From a virus: DNA of 64,000 bases. The DNA is taken from IMG/VR virus record IMGVR_UViG_3300042549_005813; one strand, given 5' to 3'. The notes below the pieces were generated by a model that saw only the letters and a program-made list of their open reading frames with translations, had not been told where the DNA came from and did not search any database. Below are positions 38,085 through 45,198 of this stretch, one piece after another; the stretch's first letter is position 1, and the number at the start of each line of letters is the position of its first letter. Both the position numbers and the translations under genes were made by a program.

Positions 38085-38088
38085 ATAT

Positions 38089-38162
38089 ATCTCGCTGGTG
38101 TAATGGCAGCACGATGGTCTCCAAAACCATTAGTCGGGGTTCGAGTCCCTGGCGGGATGCCA
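38089..38162 (+). tRNA. tRNA-Trp(CCA)
   Basis: Cloverleaf, G73, CCA. Confidence 0.9.
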
Positions 38163-38183
38163 ATTTTAAAAAAGGTGATTAAT

Positions 38184-38669
38184 ATGAAAAATTTCAATAT
38201 AGAAGAAGTCAGACAATACCTTGCAAATCAAGGTCCTGATACCAAGGTTTATCTTGGTGCCGACTCTGAAAGAATCAGGGTAAATGGTGTTTGGTATGCT
38301 GACTATGCTCTAGCAGTTGTAGTTCATATTGATGGCCGACATGGTTGTAAGATTTTCGGATATGTTCACCGTGAATTGGATTACGACCATAAGAAAAGTA
38401 AACCTGCTATGAGGTTGATGACTGAAGTTTATAAAGTTTCAGAATTGTTCCAATCATTAGCAGAAGTGTTGGAAGATTATCATGTTGAAGTTCATCTTGA
38501 TTTGAATAAAGATGATATTCATGGTAGTTCATGTGTTGTTCAGCAAGCGATTGGTTATATTAAAGGTACATGTAACATGACACCAATGGTTAAACCAGAT
38601 GCACCTGCTGCAAGTTTCTGTGCTGACAGATTGAAAAGAATTCTGGCAGAACAGGAAGAAATTCAGTAA
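38184..38669 (+). CDS. RNase H-like YkuK (DUF458) family protein
   Basis: YLGADS, RLMTEV, EVHLD and KPDAPAASFCAD; start moved to ATG after AAGGTG. Confidence 0.8.
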   Translation: MKNFNIEEVRQYLANQGPDTKVYLGADSERIRVNGVWYADYALAVVVHIDGRHGCKIFGYVHRELDYDHKKSKPAMRLMTEVYKVSELFQSLAEVLEDYHVEVHLDLNKDDIHGSSCVVQQAIGYIKGTCNMTPMVKPDAPAASFCADRLKRILAEQEEIQ

Positions 38670-38672
38670 TAT

Positions 38673-38747
38673 GGAGAAATTAGTTTAGTGGTAAAACCAC
38701 GGGTTGTGATTCCGTTATCACCAGTTCGATCCTGGTATTTCTCCCCA
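38673..38747 (+). tRNA. tRNA-His(GTG)
   Basis: Encoded G-1:C73 pair, CCA. Confidence 0.9.
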
Positions 38748-38752
38748 AATAT

Positions 38753-38827
38753 GCCCCGTTAGCTCAGTGGTAGAGCAGTGCTTTTACACGGCGAAGGTCG
38801 GCAGTTCGAAACTGTCACGGGGTACCA
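38753..38827 (+). tRNA. tRNA-Val(TAC)
   Basis: Cloverleaf, CCA. Confidence 0.88.
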
Positions 38828-38831
38828 ACAT

Positions 38832-38907
38832 GCCAATATAGCTCAGGTGGTAGAGCAGTAGACTGAAAATCTATGTGTCAGCGGTTCGACTCCGTTTATT
38901 GGCACCA
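38832..38907 (+). tRNA. tRNA-Phe(GAA)
   Basis: Cloverleaf, CCA. Confidence 0.9.
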
Positions 38908-38912
38908 ATAAT

Positions 38913-38989
38913 ACCCAAGTGACGGAATAGGTATACGTACTTGTCTCAAAAGCAAGGTGATGTGGGCTCGAATCCCACCTTGGGTACCA
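38913..38989 (+). tRNA. tRNA-Leu(CAA), short variable loop
   Basis: Leu-type D-arm, A73, CCA; variable region only about 5 nt. Confidence 0.85.
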
Positions 38990-38990
38990 T

Positions 38991-39064
38991 GCTCTTATAG
39001 GTAAATGGCATACCACATCCATGGTAAGGATGTATCCTAAGTTCGATTCTTAGTAGGAGCACCA
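38991..39064 (+). tRNA. tRNA-Thr(GGT)
   Basis: Cloverleaf, loop AT-GGT-AA, CCA. Confidence 0.85.
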
Positions 39065-39261
39065 ACTTGTTTTAATGTTGTTAAGATAAATTCTTTTTCT
39101 TGTGTGATATATAATTCATCATCTTCAAAAGTTTTTATCTTAGTATCATATGATGGAACAAATTCAGAATCAATACAGTAGTAACCATTAGGCTCATATG
39201 TTTGATGTGCATATAATCCGTAAAACATTTCTACTGTAGGTCTTTTTGAAGTTGGTATCAT
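39037..39261 (-). CDS. Hypothetical protein antisense to the tRNA array
   Basis: 74-aa ORF filling the inter-tRNA gap; ATAAATA immediately upstream on the minus strand. Confidence 0.45.
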   Translation of the reverse strand: MIPTSKRPTVEMFYGLYAHQTYEPNGYYCIDSEFVPSYDTKIKTFEDDELYITQEKEFILTTLKQVGAPTKNRT

Positions 39262-39274
39262 GTTAGTATTTATT

Positions 39275-39351
39275 GCCCCGGTGACGGAATTGGTATACGT
39301 GTTGGTCTTAGAAGCCAAATTTTAGGAGTTCGACTCTCCTCTGGGGCACCA
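39275..39351 (+). tRNA. tRNA-Leu(TAG), short variable loop
   Basis: Leu-type D-arm, A73, CCA; variable region about 5 nt. Confidence 0.85.
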
Positions 39352-39357
39352 AACATT

Positions 39358-39432
39358 CCGGCGTTAGTATAATGGATAATACAGCGGTCTTCTACACCGT
39401 GAATGTGGGTTCGATTCCTGCACGCCGGACCA
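39358..39432 (+). tRNA. tRNA-Arg(TCT)
   Basis: Cloverleaf, CCA. Confidence 0.88.
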
Positions 39433-39450
39433 TTTAATAAGGAGTTTATT

Positions 39451-40032
39451 ATGCCAAGCGTATTCTTAGTAAGTGACACACACTTTGGCCACGCTGGTGT
39501 GTGTAGATTTCTACGTGATGATGGTGTGACGAAGCTTAGGCCATGGGATAATCCTGATGAAATGGATGAAGAAATGGTGAAGCGATGGAACGAAACAGTC
39601 AGACCAAATGATAAAGTATATCATCTTGGTGATGTTGTTATCAACCGTAAAGCAATGAGTACTCTGTATAGACTTAACGGTGACAAGGTTCTAATTCGTG
39701 GTAACCACGATATTTTTCGTGATGAAGAATACAGACAACACTTCCGTGAACTACGTGCTTATCATGTAATGAACGGAATGATTCTGTCTCATATTCCCAT
39801 TCATGAGGAAAGTCTTGGTCGTTTCGGTGTAAACATTCATGGACACCTTCATGCAAATCGGGTAAAGATTGCTAAACATGCAAAAGCTAAGCCTGAAATT
39901 GATACTAGATATCATTGTGTTTGTGTTGAACAAACAGATTTTAGACCGATTCTTTTTGAAGATGTTATCAAAAGAATTAAAGAAGAAGGTGGTGAGGTCG
40001 GTTTCCGTAATGGAAACGGACCTACCATGTGA
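39451..40032 (+). CDS. Calcineurin-like metallophosphoesterase
   Basis: SDTHFGH, HLGD, GNHD and HGHLH; start after AAGGAG SD. Confidence 0.9.
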   Translation: MPSVFLVSDTHFGHAGVCRFLRDDGVTKLRPWDNPDEMDEEMVKRWNETVRPNDKVYHLGDVVINRKAMSTLYRLNGDKVLIRGNHDIFRDEEYRQHFRELRAYHVMNGMILSHIPIHEESLGRFGVNIHGHLHANRVKIAKHAKAKPEIDTRYHCVCVEQTDFRPILFEDVIKRIKEEGGEVGFRNGNGPTM

Positions 40033-40033
40033 T

Positions 40034-40117
40034 GCGAGTATGGGGGAATTGGTAGACCCAGCAGACTTAAAATCTGCCGCCTTGTGCGTACCGGTTCGAC
40101 TCCGGTTACTCGTACCA
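40034..40117 (+). tRNA. tRNA-Leu(TAA)
   Basis: Cloverleaf with variable arm, CCA. Confidence 0.9.
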
Positions 40118-40131
40118 AATTTGGAGGATTT

Positions 40132-42081
40132 ATGAGAATTTTAGCTATACATAGTGAACATGCAACACACGATTCTTCTTGTTGCATTTATGACGGTAAG
40201 AATATTACTTATTTTTTAGAAGAACGTTATAGTGGTGAAAAACATGATGACCGATTGCAAAACTGTTTTCATAACGTATTGAAAACCAATTTGACTTTTG
40301 ATAAAATTATTGTTGGTGGTTTTCATGCAATCTGCATCCATAACAACCACAATTATGATGAATCTTTGTTCAAGAAAATTACAAAAGTTATGCCAACAAT
40401 GGCAAAAAAAGCATTAGGTACACCAATGTTTTTTACTGGTGTGAATCCAGAAAATTTAGAAAACGAACTAGACGTTCCTATTAAACATAACTTACCAGAA
40501 GAATTAATTCAATTAGAAAATTATAAAAAAATTGAAGAAGGATGGGAAAAAACATCCGAAGATGTTAGATATTTTCTATTAAATTATTATAAAAAATACA
40601 AACAATTTCCTATAATTGAATATGATAGTAATCATCACCTCAATCATGCGGCTTTATCTTTTTATAATAGTGGTTTCGATGAAGCAATAGTATTTGTTGC
40701 CGATGGTGCAGGTGAAATTTCATTTGCAACCGCAGAAACTGGAAAATATTTGACTTATAAAGAATCGGAATCTTTATATGTTGCAAATTATAAAGACCCA
40801 ATTAAACCAATTTACAAAAATTACGGTTCATATTCAGGACATGACTATTCAAAAGAAATAGAACGTTTAAATAAACAATTACCTGATTGTGAAGTGCATT
40901 TCGGTAATTACATGGGTATAGGTTTATTGTATAGTGCAGGTGCGTTACAAATTGGTGAAACAGCTGATGAAGCGGGCAAGGCTATGGGTCTTTCTTCTTA
41001 CGGAACACCAACAGGAAATATCTATACCAAAAATGATTATTTTGTTGACTGTGATAAATTCGTGTGTGAATGCCATGATTTTATACCTTTGTTTGAGCCA
41101 CCAAATGGTTATCCATCCAATTTTAAATACAAAGCTGTTGAAGAAAAAAAAGGTCTTCAACGTGGTGGACCAGAATCATTAATACTGTTGCCTGATTTAC
41201 CAGTACAGAGATTGATATCTAAAACCAATTATAAGCCTTATGCGAATTTAGCTAAAGACTTACAATTACAAACACAAGATGTGGCTGTTAATTTAATTAA
41301 AAAAGCAATAGACAAAACTGGATTAAAGAAAGTTTGTATTTGCGGTGGTTATGGAATGAACATTTTAGCTAATTCATATTACACGGAAAAGTTTCCGGAT
41401 GTTGAATTCTACTTTGAACCATTATCTATTGATAGTGGCCTTTCCATTGGCATAGCAATGCGTCATTATCGTAAAGAAACTGGTGACACAAAGATTCGTC
41501 CACAGAAAAGTATTTCATTTCATGGATTTAAACATGATGTTACATCCTATAAAGGTGTTGATGCATCAGTGAATGATATTGCAAAATTACTTTACGATAA
41601 TAAATCTGTTGCAGTATATACTGGTCTGGCTGAAGCTGGCCAACGTGCATTAGGCAACCGTTCAATTTTGTTTAATGCTCTAAATGCTGATGCGAAGGAC
41701 ATTGTTAATAAAATTAAACGTAGAGAATGGTACAGACCATTTGCTGTTGTTGTACTAGAAGAAGATGCTGAGTTATATTTCGATATGGGTAGAACCAAAA
41801 AGAATTTGTTTATGACACAATCATTTGATGTTAAAACCGATTTAATTCCTGGTGTCACTCATGTAGATAACACATGTAGAGTACAGACCGTATCCGAAGG
41901 ATACTTGTATGACCTTTTGGTTGAATTTAAAAAACTTTCGGGTCATGGGATTCTTTTAAATACCAGTTTTAACCTTGCCGGCAAACCTTTGGTAGAAACA
42001 CCAAAGCAAGCCATAGAGACTTTAAATACCTCAGTATTAGATTATCTTTGGTTTGAGGAAACAGGACAATTAATTACCTAA
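40132..42081 (+). CDS. Carbamoyltransferase (CmcH/NodU family)
   Basis: HDSS, EERYS, HHLNHA, GKAMGLSSYG, RALGNRS, KRREWYRPFA and LNTSFN; start after GGAGG SD. Confidence 0.92.
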   Translation: MRILAIHSEHATHDSSCCIYDGKNITYFLEERYSGEKHDDRLQNCFHNVLKTNLTFDKIIVGGFHAICIHNNHNYDESLFKKITKVMPTMAKKALGTPMFFTGVNPENLENELDVPIKHNLPEELIQLENYKKIEEGWEKTSEDVRYFLLNYYKKYKQFPIIEYDSNHHLNHAALSFYNSGFDEAIVFVADGAGEISFATAETGKYLTYKESESLYVANYKDPIKPIYKNYGSYSGHDYSKEIERLNKQLPDCEVHFGNYMGIGLLYSAGALQIGETADEAGKAMGLSSYGTPTGNIYTKNDYFVDCDKFVCECHDFIPLFEPPNGYPSNFKYKAVEEKKGLQRGGPESLILLPDLPVQRLISKTNYKPYANLAKDLQLQTQDVAVNLIKKAIDKTGLKKVCICGGYGMNILANSYYTEKFPDVEFYFEPLSIDSGLSIGIAMRHYRKETGDTKIRPQKSISFHGFKHDVTSYKGVDASVNDIAKLLYDNKSVAVYTGLAEAGQRALGNRSILFNALNADAKDIVNKIKRREWYRPFAVVVLEEDAELYFDMGRTKKNLFMTQSFDVKTDLIPGVTHVDNTCRVQTVSEGYLYDLLVEFKKLSGHGILLNTSFNLAGKPLVETPKQAIETLNTSVLDYLWFEETGQLIT

Positions 42082-42090
42082 AAAATATGC

Positions 42091-42119
42091 TTGACAAGAC
42101 AATGTAAAGCCTATATAAT
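42091..42119 (+). promoter_or_regulatory. Sigma70 promoter for the Gly tRNAs and groES
   Basis: TTGACA-17-TATAAT. Confidence 0.85.
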
Positions 42120-42130
42120 ACACACATGAT

Positions 42131-42205
42131 GCGGGTATGGTGCTAGTGGTAACACAAGACCTTGCCAAGGTTTAGTTGAGGGTTCGATTCCCTCTACCCG
42201 CTCCA
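42131..42205 (+). tRNA. tRNA-Gly(GCC)
   Basis: Cloverleaf, U73, CCA. Confidence 0.9.
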
Positions 42206-42215
42206 GTATAGAATT

Positions 42216-42289
42216 GCAGGGTTAGTTTAATGGTAAAACTCCATCCTTCCAAGTTGGTGTCGTGGGTTCGATTCCCACACTCTGCTCCA
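42216..42289 (+). tRNA. tRNA-Gly(TCC)
   Basis: Cloverleaf, U73, CCA. Confidence 0.88.
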
Positions 42290-42295
42290 TTTAAT

Positions 42296-42362
42296 GCGGT
42301 TTGTAATAGTACGATATAAGGTACCCCCTTATGTTAACTGAGCAAAGCAGTAGACCGCTCCA
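42296..42362 (+). ncRNA. Minimal tRNA-Gly-like RNA
   Basis: GCGGTTT/AGACCGC-TCCA acceptor, anticodon-like stem, no canonical D- or T-loop. Confidence 0.55.
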
Positions 42363-42375
42363 TTTTGAGGACACT

Positions 42376-42621
42376 ATGAATATTAAACCCTTGCATGATA
42401 AAGTATTGATTGAACGTATTGAGAATGTCAAAGAGACCGCTTCAGGCATCATCCTAAAACATTCCGAAGATCCAGATAAAGCAAGAGTACTTGCAGTTGG
42501 TCCGGATGTTACAGAAGTCCAGGTCGGTGATGTGGTTCAACCAGACTGGGGCAAGGCCGCAGCAGTGCAAGATTATTTCGTGGTGAAGATTGAAGACATA
42601 GCTTACATCTACGGAGAGTAA
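42376..42621 (+). CDS. groES: Co-chaperonin GroES-like
   Basis: IKPLHDKVLI, TASGII, VLAVGP and VQVGD; start after GAGG SD. Confidence 0.9.
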   Translation: MNIKPLHDKVLIERIENVKETASGIILKHSEDPDKARVLAVGPDVTEVQVGDVVQPDWGKAAAVQDYFVVKIEDIAYIYGE

Positions 42622-42623
42622 AC

Positions 42624-42860
42624 ATGTCTGCTGGTGGTAAAGGTTCTAGTCCAAGGCCGTTTAGTGTTTCACAGGAAACATTTGGTAATAACTACGACAA
42701 TATTTTTAGAAAAAAATCACCAAAAGAATTAGAAGAAGATAAAATCGAACAAGAAGAATTTGATAGAATCTTAGAGGAAAATCTAGAACGTCAAAGACGG
42801 GAAAAGTCTTTAGATGCCATGGTGGCAGAAAATCAAAGATTAGGTTTATACGACAACTAA
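42624..42860 (+). CDS. Hypothetical protein
   Basis: GGKGSSPRP small phage protein; GGAG SD. Confidence 0.6.
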   Translation: MSAGGKGSSPRPFSVSQETFGNNYDNIFRKKSPKELEEDKIEQEEFDRILEENLERQRREKSLDAMVAENQRLGLYDN

Positions 42861-42863
42861 TAT

Positions 42864-42936
42864 AGCGGGTTGGTGAAATGGTATCACAGTGGGCTCATAA
42901 TCCTCAGTTCCGGTTCGACTCCGTGACCCGCAACCA
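42864..42936 (+). tRNA. tRNA-fMet(CAT), initiator-like
   Basis: 1-72 mismatch, GGG on the 5' side of the anticodon stem, CCA. Confidence 0.75.
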
Positions 42937-43710
42937 TTAATCCTTATACACTTCATATATAAATTCCGCTTCAGGAATTCTTGTCTTTGTATTCTTACTA
43001 CCCAATACAACAACCACTCTATCACCTTCACTTGTGTCTAATAGAATCGTGATACATCCACCAGATTCATTTATAAAACCAGTCTTACTGACTATTATAT
43101 TTTGATAGTGTCCTATCATTGGGTTTGTGTTACGAAAAACAAACCATTTCTTCTTTACTTTTATTTTTATTTCTAACTTGCGGCTAGCATAAACTATATT
43201 GCTGTATTCTGCCGCAGCTTTTGTCAACGTCACCAATTCTCTTGCGGTGCTAACATTTCTTTCGTCTAATCCTGTTGGTTCATAAACAATGGATTTTTCC
43301 ATTTGTAATTTTTTCAACTTATCATTCATAGCCTTGACACAGGCCGGCATACCACCAGGATAATGTTCACATAGTGTATATGCGGCTCTATTACTACTGT
43401 GTATCATGGTCATAGAAACCAAATTTGCTCGACTGACAACTTGGTTTTTTACTGGCAACCTGTCTCGTATTTTTGTAGTCATTGTCAACATCTGGCTCAT
43501 GTTAGGATTCGTATCCATCACAACCATGACAGTTAACAATTTTGTTATACTGGCAATAGGCCTAATCTTATCATAATCTTTACCACCTAATATAGTGCCA
43601 TTTAAATCCGACACAATCCAGGATTTGGCTGTGAAGAATTCTGCTTTGACTGGTGATTGACCAAGAAGTATGGTGAAAAATAACAGAGTAATAAAAATTC
43701 TATATAACAA
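42937..43710 (-). CDS. D-alanyl-D-alanine endo/carboxypeptidase (peptidase S11, PbpG-like)
   Basis: Signal peptide; SITK (SxxK), SSN (SxN) and KTG motifs. Confidence 0.9.
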   Translation of the reverse strand: MLYRIFITLLFFTILLGQSPVKAEFFTAKSWIVSDLNGTILGGKDYDKIRPIASITKLLTVMVVMDTNPNMSQMLTMTTKIRDRLPVKNQVVSRANLVSMTMIHSSNRAAYTLCEHYPGGMPACVKAMNDKLKKLQMEKSIVYEPTGLDERNVSTARELVTLTKAAAEYSNIVYASRKLEIKIKVKKKWFVFRNTNPMIGHYQNIIVSKTGFINESGGCITILLDTSEGDRVVVVLGSKNTKTRIPEAEFIYEVYKD

Positions 43711-43735
43711 TCGAAGGCTCCATATGGATTAAATA

Positions 43736-44017
43736 TCATGGTGCAGGTACTCTAGACTTACAAGCCCTAGCATTGTTTATAGAAGTTGTATGCACAAGTT
43801 TACTTCCTCTTTTTTGATTATTACATTTATATTCACAAACTTGTATTCCTTTTGGATCCGTAAAACTTCTTTCCAAATTACAATAAGCACCAGTATCTTC
43901 TGAAATGCTTTTTGTATATATGACAGCATCCGGCATCAAGTTTATATTGATGGTTGGATGTGTAATCATAAGTGTTGCACTAGTGGTTAATAAAGTGAAT
44001 AAGAGTTTATTTTTCAT
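43736..44017 (-). CDS. Small secreted Cys-containing hypothetical protein
   Basis: Hydrophobic N-terminus; four Cys. Confidence 0.5.
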   Translation of the reverse strand: MKNKLLFTLLTTSATLMITHPTININLMPDAVIYTKSISEDTGAYCNLERSFTDPKGIQVCEYKCNNQKRGSKLVHTTSINNARACKSRVPAP

Positions 44018-44790
44018 CTTCCTACGTATACCTTTGGTAGTGCTTCTAATTTACGTTGATATTCAGATTTGGGAATTAATCCGTCACCATATTGTGGATA
44101 CTTCTGTTGTCTATCATATGCTACCCACATAAACAAACCAGCCACAACAAAAATTATAATCATAACAGCAACGCCTGTAGCAAATTCATCTCTAATTTTT
44201 CTCATTCGTGCTGCACGGCGTTTTTCTAGTATTGCTTGTTCTTTCATTTGTTTGATGAGAAGAACCTTTTGTTCTTTACCCATCTCTTTCATCATTTCTT
44301 CCACTTCGGTATATAAAGCACCAAGTTCTGGAGGACTTTGATAAATCATCAACTCACGCAAATCAACTGACATTTGTTCTAACTGTTTACGCATAAGCAC
44401 ACGTTGTAAGGCACGTTTACCTAATGATGCATCTCCGGTATAGACTTGTGTCTTAGCATTTTTTTCTTCTTCTTCAAAAACAGCCATACACTTATAGAAG
44501 TTATCATAGTATGTGCCTAGATGTTCACCAATCTCTTGATAGATATTGGTAGTTTCTCCACCCTTTTTGTTTAGTTCAATTACACGATTTTTTTCCGAAA
44601 CGTAGGCATTTCTTTGTGCTACACTTGCAGGTTTTTCAGGTGGATGAAGCTTTTTGAACTGGTCGTCAAGATCCTTGAGGACGTCTTTGACTTCCCCAGC
44701 TGCACCTTTAATATCTTTGTATAGTTTACATCCGGCTTTGACTGCCGAAACCGCACCATTTGCGAGGGCAAAGAGTGTGAATGGATCCAT
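44014..44790 (-). CDS. Coiled-coil membrane-anchored hypothetical protein
   Basis: MDPFT start, helical body, C-terminal TM segment. Confidence 0.65.
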   Translation of the reverse strand: MDPFTLFALANGAVSAVKAGCKLYKDIKGAAGEVKDVLKDLDDQFKKLHPPEKPASVAQRNAYVSEKNRVIELNKKGGETTNIYQEIGEHLGTYYDNFYKCMAVFEEEEKNAKTQVYTGDASLGKRALQRVLMRKQLEQMSVDLRELMIYQSPPELGALYTEVEEMMKEMGKEQKVLLIKQMKEQAILEKRRAARMRKIRDEFATGVAVMIIIFVVAGLFMWVAYDRQQKYPQYGDGLIPKSEYQRKLEALPKVYVGR

Positions 44791-44813
44791 TTCTTTTTAT
44801 ACCATTTTTTTAC

Positions 44814-44842
44814 TTGACATTATAACAAAAAAATGATATAAT
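44814..44842 (+). promoter_or_regulatory. Sigma70 promoter for the gp43 operon
   Basis: TTGACA-17-TATAAT. Confidence 0.85.
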
Positions 44843-44886
44843 CTACGTTCAGGTCACACTATATAATTATTTAGGATAGGATTAAC

Positions 44887-45198
44887 ATGAAAATATATGC
44901 AATGAAATTAGTAACTGGTGAAGAACTTATTGGTGAAGTTGAAACGGAGAATGAAAATGAAATGGTGATTAAGAATCCATTAGGAATTGCCATTGTACGT
45001 GGTAAAGATGGTCAACCTAACGTAGGTTTTGCGCCATTTCCAATCCATGCAGAACAAAAATCAGACTCTACTATTGCCTTAAAGCGTGAACATATTGTAT
45101 ACTACTACGTTCCAGCAGAAGATTTTGTCAAAAACTATGACCAAATTTTCGGCACAGGCATTATTCTTCCAGGTCAACAACAAATCATTACAGGTTAA
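44887..45198 (+). CDS. Conserved hypothetical protein upstream of gp43
   Basis: KLVTGEELIG...IKNP pattern common in T4-like phages. Confidence 0.65.
   Translation: MKIYAMKLVTGEELIGEVETENENEMVIKNPLGIAIVRGKDGQPNVGFAPFPIHAEQKSDSTIALKREHIVYYYVPAEDFVKNYDQIFGTGIILPGQQQIITG

Noticed and set aside
33277-42936. Suppressor tRNAs or stop-codon recoding
   Set aside because: No CUA, UUA or UCA anticodons were found, and core genes are intact under the standard code.
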